Assembly (NCBI GenBank): GCA_021162845.1
Contig: JAGGXX010000054.1
Span: 4,537-68,536, forward strand
Length of the DNA stretch: 64,000 nucleotides
Reading direction: 5' to 3'
Source of the DNA: Thermoprotei archaeon
Lineage (GTDB): Archaea; Thermoproteota; Thermoprotei; QMSL01; B3-G16
Below the pieces are notes generated by a model, which was given only the letters and a program-made list of their open reading frames with translations, had not been told where the DNA came from and made no database searches. The stretch's first letter is position 1. Each line of letters opens with the position of its first letter. The translations under genes were made by a program, and so were the position numbers. Positions 37,390-46,212 of the stretch are shown one piece after another.

Positions 37390-38821
37390 AGCTCGAGTTA
37401 GGCCTAAGAAGCCGGTGAGAATGGCATCTGGCGTTACGGTAGTAGCCATAATGACCAAGCCCTTCCCTTGTCCACATGGCAAATGCATATACTGTCCCGG
37501 AGGACCGGAAATAGGCACACCACAAAGCTATTTAGAGGATTCGCCAGCTGTCGCCAGGGCATTAAGGCATGGTTTTGATCCATATGAACAGGTGAGAGCT
37601 AGGCTGATGCAATACGTGGTCATGGGGCACGAGCCCTCAAAAGTCGAGCTTATAATCATGGGTGGGACGTTCACAGCACTCCCACTAGACTACCAAGAGT
37701 GGTTCGTAGCTATGGCCTTAGAGGCGATGAACAGATTCCCAAAGCCCAAAGCTAAGAGCTGGATTAGCCTGGAGAAAGCTCAACAAAGGAATGAAAAAGC
37801 CAGAGTGAGGTGCATAGGCATTACCTTTGAGACTAGGCCCGACTGGGCTAAGGAGAAACAAATAGACAGGATGCTAAGAATGGGAGGTACGAGGGTGGAG
37901 ATAGGTGTACAGTCGATATACGATGATGTCCTGAAGAGGATAGAGAGAGGACATACGGTAAGGGATACCATAGAGGCTACGCGGCTACTCAAGGACGCAG
38001 GATTTAAGGTATGTTATCACATAATGCCAGGGCTACCCGGATCTGATATAGATAGGGACTTCGATATGTTTAAGACGATATTTGAAAACCCGGATTTCCG
38101 GCCAGATATGCTGAAGATATACCCGACGCTGGTCATACCTGGGACTAAGCTCTACGAGATGTGGAAGAGGGGCGAATATAATCCTATGACAACTCAGGAT
38201 GCCTTGGAACTTCTCATTAAGATAGCGCCTCACATACCTAAGTGGGTCAGGATAATGAGAATACAGCGGGATATACCGCTTCACCATGTAGCTGCTGGCG
38301 TTAATATAGGCAACCTAAGACAGGTCTTCGAGGATTTAGTGAGGAGGAGGGGTATCAGATACCGCGAGATACGGTTCAGGGAAGTCGGTATCAGAATGAT
38401 AAAGTATGGAGAGGTACCAAGTGAGGAGAACATAAAGCTGCTCAAAGAGGAATATGAGGCAAGTCATGGGACTGAGGTCTTTTTATCCTTTGAAGATGTG
38501 AAAAAGGACATCCTCATAGGATTCCTTAGGCTTAGGATACCGTCTTCTGAGGCCCAGAGATGGGAGGTTAAACCCAGGACTGCTATAGTTAGGGAGTTAC
38601 ACGTATACGGACCTCAGGTTCCCATAGGCGATAGAGAGGAAATGGCATGGCAGCATAAGGGGTATGGCAGACGCTTGCTCATGGAGGCCGAGAGGATAGC
38701 CCTCGAGGAATATGATGCCAGGAGGATGTTGATAATCTCGGGTATAGGGGTTAGAGACTACTATAGAAGGCTGGGCTATCGTAGACATCCTCATTCCACG
38801 TATATGTTAAAGAAGCTTTAA
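37376..38821 (+). CDS. elp3: Elongator complex protein 3 homolog (radical SAM + GNAT; tRNA uridine34 carboxymethyl-transferase)
   Basis: Radical SAM cluster CPHGKCIYCPGG. Conserved KPVRMASGVTVVAIMTKP upstream of it. C-terminal GNAT region with HKGYGRRLLMEAERIA. The track start is TTG (37376); the first ATG is at 37421. Confidence 0.8.
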   Translation: MTLTKARVRPKKPVRMASGVTVVAIMTKPFPCPHGKCIYCPGGPEIGTPQSYLEDSPAVARALRHGFDPYEQVRARLMQYVVMGHEPSKVELIIMGGTFTALPLDYQEWFVAMALEAMNRFPKPKAKSWISLEKAQQRNEKARVRCIGITFETRPDWAKEKQIDRMLRMGGTRVEIGVQSIYDDVLKRIERGHTVRDTIEATRLLKDAGFKVCYHIMPGLPGSDIDRDFDMFKTIFENPDFRPDMLKIYPTLVIPGTKLYEMWKRGEYNPMTTQDALELLIKIAPHIPKWVRIMRIQRDIPLHHVAAGVNIGNLRQVFEDLVRRRGIRYREIRFREVGIRMIKYGEVPSEENIKLLKEEYEASHGTEVFLSFEDVKKDILIGFLRLRIPSSEAQRWEVKPRTAIVRELHVYGPQVPIGDREEMAWQHKGYGRRLLMEAERIALEEYDARRMLIISGIGVRDYYRRLGYRRHPHSTYMLKKL

Positions 38822-40393
38822 TCAGCCGCTGAAAAGCAGTAATATCACCAAGGGGGAGCTCACATCGGACGAAAGATATTCCTCAACGGTGGATATGATC
38901 TTATTCTTATCCCATATCGGAACCCTTAACATACCATATCTTTTCTTCACGTAGCCTAGGATGAGCCTGGCACTAATAGGCGCGCTGTCGTCTAGGACTA
39001 GGACGATAGATTTACCGAGCTTATCTAGGAGTACGTGATTTCGAGCTAGATCTCCGATAGTGGTCACAACTACTATCCTACCTCTAAAGCCAGCCATAAT
39101 CTCCCCTAAGCCTAAGCCTAAGGGGCTCAGAAGGCGGTAAGCTATGTCTATCACGTCAACGGGGAGCTTAATCGCATATCGTCTGCTCTTCACATCATAG
39201 TCGGCCTTAGCTTTACTTATGAGGACTTCATTCAGCAAGCAACGTAAACGTGGGCATGAGATCGCGTTAACTATGATAAGGCCCTTTGTTCTGGCCAGCA
39301 GTGTCTTTAGGATTTCTACAAGGTGGTTTACAGACGAAGAAAGTGGAGGTAATTGTGGTGGAATGAGGCCTTCGACCCTTACCAGGTATTCGATCGTTGG
39401 ATCACGTAGCTTTAGAAAATCTGAGACGATGTGCCTTACAAGAACGTAGGATGTAAGGTGTCGCTTTAAATCAGCCTTGCCCTTTATTTGAATTCTCCCG
39501 AAAAGCTGGGTTCGCATGTAATTTTCCAGAATAGGTTCGCCTAGCTCTACTACGAGGAGTTCCTTTACATGATCGCTTAATGACTTAAACCAAGACGGAG
39601 GGGAGGAGAGCATATGAAGGGGGGCAAATATCGATATGCCTAATACGCTTATCTCGGTATCCTTGCCTAGGCCTTGGAGGTAAGAGGTTACATAGGAGTA
39701 CGAGTAACCAGCGCATAATATGGATCGCTCACTGAGGTCCTCTGGAATCACGTTAAACTCGAACTCAGAGAACAGACGTTCATATATCTTGGATAACGTG
39801 ATCCTTCTCTCCACGTTACGAACGAATGACTCGTGCATCCATCTATGAGGGAACTCCCAGTGCTTCGAGAATACGGGTTCAGCTCTTACGCTAGAGACTT
39901 CTATGTCGACAAGACCTAGGAAATCGAATTCGGGTAAGCCTAGTACAATTGGTACCTCAATGGCCTCTGAAAGTTCGGAAGCTATCTCCATGAAACGGGA
40001 CAAGTCATTCACGTTAAGGGGTTCGAGGTAAAGCACAGAAGAGCAAGAAGCGGCTAAACGCGGATCAAAACCTAAGCTTGGTGATGTTAATATTAATAAT
40101 GAACCTCGAATCCCTGAGAGGACTACCTCATGAAGAGAGGAGGATATCTCAAATAATTCCTGGGAAGAAAGGGCTAAAGCCGCCCTACAGCCAGTGACAG
40201 AAGCACCTAAACATATACTTAAGGCGGTTATGGGATCTTCCACTGTCATGAAGTTGAGGTTCCTTCTAGTGAGAGACATCCTACCTAACGAATCCGAGGT
40301 ACATATGAGAAGATCATAAGATAGCTTATCCAGTGTATGAAGGATCGTCTGTGACAAGCTCAAGAGCTCACGTCTAGGGATGTCAGGGGACAT
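38822..40393 (-). CDS. hypothetical protein with a 2-oxoacid:ferredoxin oxidoreductase alpha (POR_N, Pyr-domain)-like N-terminal region, apparently degenerate
   Basis: VEDPITALSICLGASVTGCRAALALSSQEL resembles the POR_N core (E-D-E...GAS.AG.RA.TATS). I see no Fe-S Cys cluster and no clear GDG...NN TPP motif. Confidence 0.3.
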   Translation of the reverse strand: MSPDIPRRELLSLSQTILHTLDKLSYDLLICTSDSLGRMSLTRRNLNFMTVEDPITALSICLGASVTGCRAALALSSQELFEISSSLHEVVLSGIRGSLLILTSPSLGFDPRLAASCSSVLYLEPLNVNDLSRFMEIASELSEAIEVPIVLGLPEFDFLGLVDIEVSSVRAEPVFSKHWEFPHRWMHESFVRNVERRITLSKIYERLFSEFEFNVIPEDLSERSILCAGYSYSYVTSYLQGLGKDTEISVLGISIFAPLHMLSSPPSWFKSLSDHVKELLVVELGEPILENYMRTQLFGRIQIKGKADLKRHLTSYVLVRHIVSDFLKLRDPTIEYLVRVEGLIPPQLPPLSSSVNHLVEILKTLLARTKGLIIVNAISCPRLRCLLNEVLISKAKADYDVKSRRYAIKLPVDVIDIAYRLLSPLGLGLGEIMAGFRGRIVVVTTIGDLARNHVLLDKLGKSIVLVLDDSAPISARLILGYVKKRYGMLRVPIWDKNKIISTVEEYLSSDVSSPLVILLLFSG

Positions 40394-40535
40394 ATCTCAT
40401 CACGATACGTGTAAGAGACATCATTGCTCATAATAATTATGGTAGCGCGATAATGAAGTGAAAAGGTATATGAAGGTGTGAACGGGCAATTACTTATAAA
40501 GCACATAGACTCAAGTATATCCTACGAATGAACTA

Positions 40536-40635
40536 GCCGGGGTGCCCGAGTGGACCAAGGGGCTGGCCTGGAGAAGGCCTAGAAAGCCAGTTCCCCATAC
40601 GGGGAGCGCGGGTTCGAATCCCGCCCCCGGCGCCA
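40536..40635 (+). tRNA. tRNA-Ser (class II, long variable arm, G73 discriminator, encoded CCA) with a short (~11 nt) intron in the anticodon loop; anticodon most likely GGA
   Basis: Hand-folded. Acceptor GCCGGGG/CCCCGGC. D arm CCC-GAGTGGACCAA-GGG. Anticodon stem CTGGC/GCCAG enclosing 18 nt (CTGGAG + intron + A). Variable arm hairpin CCCC-ATAC-GGGG. T arm GCGGG-TTCGAAT-CCCGC. Discriminator G, then CCA. A TATA-like ttataaag lies ~45 bp upstream. Confidence 0.75.
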
Positions 40636-41032
40636 TAATGGGATGTGGTTTAACCAATTTATTTTTACCTTCTATCTTCGTTCAATTGAAGGAAAGATTC
40701 AGCGTAAACGCCTTGAGAGAAGAGAGATAGGCCTCAACTATTATATACAGGTAGATAGTCAGCAGATAGTTCCGTAAAGAGGACTAATCCTAGGAGGACA
40801 TCTAAGTCTTCACCGTTAGGTGGTAGGCTAGTACTCATCAACTACAAGCGAGCTAAGCTACCTAACGAGCATGCCAAGGAATAACCAAGAACAGCCCGCT
40901 GCAAGTTTCCATAATTTCCAAGGAATAACTAAAGAATAAAACACGGGCAACCACCCTCTTTTACTTGCAATATTTAGAAGCATTTAGGAATAAAAAGAAA
41001 TAATACAAAAAGAGAGATATAGCTTCAGTATA

Positions 41033-42400
41033 ATGATTAGGGGTTGTCTAAAAATGAGACCTAACGTGCTTATTTTCCATACCGATCAACAGAGCCTCTG
41101 GACGATTAGCCTTTATGCGCGCTTAGTATACGGCGATAAACCCTTAGTAGAGACACCGAACATCGATAGGATCGGAAAGGAAGGAGCTGTATTCACTAAC
41201 TTTTTCGCTAATAGCGCGGTATGTACCCCATCACGTGGCTGCTTCCTCACAGGGAGATATCCCCATTATCATGGAGCCTACAAGAATAATGTGCCGCTCA
41301 ATAGGTCCGAGATAACCTTCGCTGAAATCCTAAGGAGACACGGCTATGAAACTGGCTATGCGGGTAAGTGGCATCTAGATGGGACACCGCGCCCTGGTTG
41401 GGTTCATCCGGAGCGTTCGATGGGATTTGAGCACTCCGAGTACATGTTTAATCGAGGGCACTGGAAGAAGGTAGAAGAGTATAAGGGAATGCAGCCCATA
41501 GTCTATCCATACCATGAGATTGGCGACGAAAGAACGTACATGACCGATTGGCTCAAGGATAAGACGATAGAGTTCATCCAGCGTCCACATACCCGTCCCT
41601 TCTGTTTCATGGTTAGCTTCCCAGATCCACATCCTCCCTACGTAGTCCGTACGCCCTATAGCGATATGTACGATCCGGATGATATGCCTATCCCGGATAC
41701 TTTTCGGCAAAAGAATCTTCCACGATGGGCGGATGAACGTCAAATTTATAAGCGAAATCCCCGTTGTCAGGAAGATTGGCTGCGTCATGTTAAAGCTCAA
41801 TATTGCGGTATGGTTAAGCTAATTGATGATTGTGTAGGTCAGATTTTACGTTGTCTTGAAGAGCAGGGTATCCTAGATGAAACGATAATCGTTTTTACGA
41901 CGGATCATGGGGACTACATGGGAGAGCACGGCCTAATGGGCAAGAATATGCTATACGAAACAGTTTACCATATTCCTCTACTGATACGCTGGCCGGAGAA
42001 GATAAGGAAGGGAACTGTGATCGAAGAGATCGTCAGCACCGTCGATTTTCAGCAAACGCTTCTTGGACTCATCGGGATTAAACCATGTGGTCGAGAACAG
42101 GGCAATGATGCCTCACCTCTTCTGCGGGGAGAGAAGATCGATTGGGAGAATAGGGTCTTCATCTATCACTCCAGTCACAATTTTGCGGGGATTATTACTC
42201 CTGATTTCGAATTGGTCTATGCAAGATATGGAGAGTCCATACTCTTTGATCGAAAGAATGATCCCGATCAGGTGAACAATCTATTCAATGATCCAGGGTA
42301 TCGAAAGGTAATCGATGAGCTCACTAAGCAACTCATTGAGCATCACCGAAAATTAAATTCCCCGGAGATCACTTGGCTTAACGCATACAATAGGTCTTAA
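41033..42400 (+). CDS. sulfatase (arylsulfatase family, Cys-type formylglycine site)
   Basis: Signature CTPSRGCFLTGRYP (C-x-P-x-R) near the N-terminus. ...TDHGDYMGEHG... in the C-terminal half. No signal peptide is obvious. Confidence 0.8.
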   Translation: MIRGCLKMRPNVLIFHTDQQSLWTISLYARLVYGDKPLVETPNIDRIGKEGAVFTNFFANSAVCTPSRGCFLTGRYPHYHGAYKNNVPLNRSEITFAEILRRHGYETGYAGKWHLDGTPRPGWVHPERSMGFEHSEYMFNRGHWKKVEEYKGMQPIVYPYHEIGDERTYMTDWLKDKTIEFIQRPHTRPFCFMVSFPDPHPPYVVRTPYSDMYDPDDMPIPDTFRQKNLPRWADERQIYKRNPRCQEDWLRHVKAQYCGMVKLIDDCVGQILRCLEEQGILDETIIVFTTDHGDYMGEHGLMGKNMLYETVYHIPLLIRWPEKIRKGTVIEEIVSTVDFQQTLLGLIGIKPCGREQGNDASPLLRGEKIDWENRVFIYHSSHNFAGIITPDFELVYARYGESILFDRKNDPDQVNNLFNDPGYRKVIDELTKQLIEHHRKLNSPEITWLNAYNRS

Positions 42401-42691
42401 TTATTCATCCTCAAACACCAAAAGTCCAAGATACTTAATAATGAAAAACTTAAGAGATCATAAAACCTATGATAAACAGAATGGTGCTAAGGAGAAAGCA
42501 TGAGAGAAACATTAACAGAAGATTCCTGGTTTTCCCTATTTCTAATAAAGAATGTCTAGTAGATGAATATTTTAGGATTCAGGAATTATAGCGAGGAGTA
42601 AAAAGCTCAATTTAATCTCTTACTTCAAAAAGAAAAATTAGAAAAGTTAAAGACCTTCAGCTAATTAAGATAGAATACAGGCGAATGATTA

Positions 42692-43816
42692 ATGAGGAAG
42701 GGTGGTAATTTAAGCGGGGTAACGAAATACGACCCGGATAAGGCCTATGAGGGGTATACGCTGTTCTGCCATACTTACGATCCACCAAACGTTGCCCAAG
42801 GCGAGCTTGCACACATGTACCTTATCGATATGAATGGAAACATAGTTCATGAATGGACCGCCAAGACTGCAGTTCAACTACTGGAGCTCTTGCCTAATGG
42901 TAATCTGTATTACACGACAAGGGATAGATCAGACATTAACTACGCCGGGTTGAGGGAGATAGATCCGAAGAGTAATGTGGTCTGGTCCTTTCATTGTAGG
43001 ATAGACCACGATTTTCATGTAATGGATAATGGCCACCTGATGATACATTGCATCATAGATAAAATGGCTCCCGAAATAGGGCCGGAATTAAAACGCTGCC
43101 CATATATCATTGAGATAACCCGAGAGAAGGAGCTTATCTGGGAGTGGTTCGGAGACGAGCACATAAAGGAGCTAGAGGAACTTTGTGGGATAAAATTCCC
43201 TCTTAAGGCCTCTCAGTTCAAGGGTTACCCGGAACATATGAAGAGGCATCTCCTCTTCGATTGGGCCCATAACAATACCTGTGAGGTATTGCCAGATAAT
43301 CCGTCTGGACGAAAGGATTCGAGGTTTAAGGCTGGCAATATCCTCTTCAGTTATAGGAGCTTGGATGTCATAGGGGTAATTGATCGAGAGACCGGAGAGA
43401 TCGTTTGGGCATGGGGCCCAGGCATCTTAGATGGACAGCATCAGCCAACCATGCTTCCTAACGGGAACATACTCATATTCGATAATGGGACGCGCCGCGG
43501 TTGGTCTCGCGTAATAGAGGTAAACCCCCTGGAGGAGGAGATAGTCTGGGAGTATACGGCTACGCCTAAGGAGAGCTTCTTTAGTCCTTACATATCAGGC
43601 GCTCAGCTATTGCCTAATGGGAACATATTCATCTGTGAAGGAGGGCCTTGCCGACTTTTCGAGATTACACGAGATGGGGAAATAGTCTGGGAGTACCATA
43701 GCCCTTATAAGGGGACAAAGGGAACTCATGGGATCTATCGCGCGACGCGGTATTCCCCAGAGTACGTTAAGCCATTACTCGAAAGAATAAAGGAATCTTC
43801 TGAACAAGAGGGCTAA
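42692..43816 (+). CDS. arylsulfotransferase (ASST)-like beta-propeller protein
   Basis: Repeated blades with LPNGN(L/I) and D/EIVWEW/Y motifs (LLPNGNLYYT, MLPNGNILIFDNG, LLPNGNIFICEGG, GEIVWEYHS). Fold-level resemblance only. Confidence 0.4.
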   Translation: MRKGGNLSGVTKYDPDKAYEGYTLFCHTYDPPNVAQGELAHMYLIDMNGNIVHEWTAKTAVQLLELLPNGNLYYTTRDRSDINYAGLREIDPKSNVVWSFHCRIDHDFHVMDNGHLMIHCIIDKMAPEIGPELKRCPYIIEITREKELIWEWFGDEHIKELEELCGIKFPLKASQFKGYPEHMKRHLLFDWAHNNTCEVLPDNPSGRKDSRFKAGNILFSYRSLDVIGVIDRETGEIVWAWGPGILDGQHQPTMLPNGNILIFDNGTRRGWSRVIEVNPLEEEIVWEYTATPKESFFSPYISGAQLLPNGNIFICEGGPCRLFEITRDGEIVWEYHSPYKGTKGTHGIYRATRYSPEYVKPLLERIKESSEQEG

Positions 43817-43975
43817 ATGTAAAAGGCCGGCTTTAGCTTTTTACATATTTATATTCGCTGTGATTCCTATGTCACACTCCTAGGGTAAATGTAAGCTGTA
43901 TGAGGAGATATGTTATATACCATATCCTCCTTGACGAATACTTCATTGAAGATATTATATATGTGTCCCTTAGCC

Positions 43976-44015
43976 ATACCCTTTCGACGAAATGAGCAAT
44001 AACTGTGATGTGCCT
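43976..44015. repeat. ~40-bp element ATACCCTTTCGACGAAATGAGCAATAACTGTGATGTGCCT; an interrupted copy lies at 46110..46210
   Basis: Both copies share ATACC(C)TT(T)CGA...CGACGAAAT(A)GAGCAATA...TG...TGTGCCT. The second copy carries three insertions. They flank the hypothetical/MscS/hypothetical gene trio. Confidence 0.35.
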
Positions 44016-44101
44016 GAAAGAGAAATTGGAAATCTCTAATTCATGCTTATCGAAAGCGATATAAATAAAACGTGTAAAAACAGGATCACGGGATAAGAGA
44101 T

Positions 44102-44455
44102 ATGTCGTTATCTTACGTTAAGGGAAGTTTGAAGAACGTAGATAAGGACGGAGACGGAATCGCAGATCATCTTCAGTTTAAAATGATTAACTACATAGGG
44201 AGCGGCTCAGCTTACGTTTCCGACTTTAAGGTTCTAGTAGACGGAGAAGACATGACTGATAAAGCCACTTTGAAGATAGCTGGTCAAGCCCCTAAACCTG
44301 TTAAATCATTAACTTACGTAACAGCGTATTACGGTGATGAGATATTGGTTGAAATTAAGCATGACGGTAAGATTAAGCCCGGCTTACATAGAGTTGAATT
44401 AAGCGCTAGGATCGAATGGTATCCCATCAGCGTTAAGTTCGAAGATACGGTATAA
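44102..44455 (+). CDS. hypothetical protein
   Basis: 117-aa ORF with no recognisable motif. AT-rich surroundings. Confidence 0.3.
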   Translation: MSLSYVKGSLKNVDKDGDGIADHLQFKMINYIGSGSAYVSDFKVLVDGEDMTDKATLKIAGQAPKPVKSLTYVTAYYGDEILVEIKHDGKIKPGLHRVELSARIEWYPISVKFEDTV

Positions 44456-44634
44456 TTAAATTAGTTTATAATGAATATAATGGGTCGATCTCTTTTTTCT
44501 ATGTGTTAAAAATTTATTAAGAAAGTCATCGATTTGACTACTATCACATGAAGTAGTGTTTCTTTTAAGCACTATTCCTTACTGCATGATAACCTAAGAA
44601 ATGCTTATTAAGTACATCCTTAAGAGACAGTGAT

Positions 44635-45270
44635 ATGACAAAGATAGAGGAAAAACTATCGAGGAGTGAATATAAGCGTAGAGGGGGTAAAGGTTTCGCT
44701 AAAATGATCGCTCTCCTGGTGTTATGTGCTTCAGCGCTAATGATTAATGATGCCTTTTTCGTATATGCCGTGTCACCGTTTATGCCTGCGTTTTCCAATT
44801 ATAAGGTCTACATAGATGCCATCATAGTATTAGGTCTTGGTTACATGGTGGTGAACTCCTTCGCTAGCAGTATCTACTGGTTAATGAGGATGGAGGTAGA
44901 TTATGCAACTGCTTCGTTGATGAGGACCATAGTGAGGATAATGGGCATAGCCATTTTATTAGCGATACTGACCTCGGTGTTTAACGTAAACCCTTCAGCG
45001 GCCCTCACGGTGGGCTCATTTGTAGGGATGGTGGTGGGCTTTGCTACTCAAAACGTCCTGAACCAGGCTGTTGCAGGAATCTTCCTAGCGCTGACGAGAC
45101 CCTTCAAACCTGGTGATAGTATAAAGGTAGCCGGACAAGAGGGCATAGTGAAGGAAATAGGCGTCATGCGCACCATTATAGTCAGTGAGGATGGATCAAG
45201 GGAAATACTGATACCTAGTAGTAGCATAGTTAACGCCACGATAATCAGGATGCAGAGGCAACAAAACTGA
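44635..45270 (+). CDS. mscS: small-conductance mechanosensitive channel (MscS family)
   Basis: Pore helix and beta-domain signature VGSFVGMVVGFATQNVLNQAVAGIFLALTRPFKPGDSIKVAGQEGIVKEIGVMRTII. Confidence 0.65.
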   Translation: MTKIEEKLSRSEYKRRGGKGFAKMIALLVLCASALMINDAFFVYAVSPFMPAFSNYKVYIDAIIVLGLGYMVVNSFASSIYWLMRMEVDYATASLMRTIVRIMGIAILLAILTSVFNVNPSAALTVGSFVGMVVGFATQNVLNQAVAGIFLALTRPFKPGDSIKVAGQEGIVKEIGVMRTIIVSEDGSREILIPSSSIVNATIIRMQRQQN

Positions 45271-45284
45271 TATCTAATGTAAGC

Positions 45285-46085
45285 TTAGATAAAGCCCATC
45301 ACGTTTTCAAGCTTAGATAGTACAACCTCTATATCTACTTCCCTTAGGTTCGGCGTGTAGATCAATAGCCCTCCTCGACTATCCAGCTTACAGGTTATCC
45401 TCTTACCTATCTCCGGCAGTAGTGGAGTCACAAAGGTGATAGAGGATATCTCATGAGCTGATGACTTCACCTTGGAGTAGATATCGGTAATATCCAAGCC
45501 TTCTCTTTTGATGGAGACCTCATCCAGGACAGTATCACCTATCTGAGCCCTCTTAAACGTCGCCCTTATTATGTTGCCTGAGACCTCATGCTCCTTTGCG
45601 GTAACCCACTTCTCAAGGGCATTGATGTGACTACGCTCTAGATGTAAGGGGGATGCTGAGGTCGTGTCGCCGTAAAGCCTTAATGAGGCTAGCTGTGCGA
45701 TGGCCCTAGCAATACGTTTATTCGGAGCATCAAATATGATGAGAAGACCTGAGATGACCCTAATCCAGACATCGTGCTCCATATAGATCTCGTATTCCTC
45801 TATCCTGCGTTCCCCTCCACGTACATATGAGAACTTCCCACGAAACGTATACGAGAAACGTAATCTAGCATCCTTAGTGGTACCCCTTATGCTGGATAAA
45901 CGCCCATTTAGTCCCACTACGATCTTGGAGAGATTTTCAAGTCTTCGTAATGATGCCTTATCGCCGGCTTCCTCGAAATAAGCCTTAAGCTCTTTAAGCG
46001 AAGCCCCATTTAAAGTTGATAAGATATCCTCAGGGGCCTGGGTTCTCCCTCTCGGAAGTAGAAATAAAGAGAGAGCCCTAGGCAT
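45285..46085 (-). CDS. hypothetical protein
   Basis: 266-aa ORF with no motif recognised. Confidence 0.3.
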   Translation of the reverse strand: MPRALSLFLLPRGRTQAPEDILSTLNGASLKELKAYFEEAGDKASLRRLENLSKIVVGLNGRLSSIRGTTKDARLRFSYTFRGKFSYVRGGERRIEEYEIYMEHDVWIRVISGLLIIFDAPNKRIARAIAQLASLRLYGDTTSASPLHLERSHINALEKWVTAKEHEVSGNIIRATFKRAQIGDTVLDEVSIKREGLDITDIYSKVKSSAHEISSITFVTPLLPEIGKRITCKLDSRGGLLIYTPNLREVDIEVVLSKLENVMGFI

Positions 46086-46109
46086 GCATCAACCCTTGTA
46101 ATGGTCTTT

Positions 46110-46210
46110 ATACCTTCGAATATATTAAGCTATTCATTACGACGAAATAGAGCAATACGACATGATGATGGGATTCTCTTGTACTAAAAGAGCTCGCCCC
46201 TAATGTGCCT
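46110..46210. repeat. interrupted second copy of the 43976..44015 element
   Basis: See above. Confidence 0.35.
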
Positions 46211-46212
46211 TC

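Noticed and set aside
40542-40730. 62-aa ORF overlapping the tRNA-Ser gene
   Set aside because: It is entirely explained by the tRNA and its downstream spacer.
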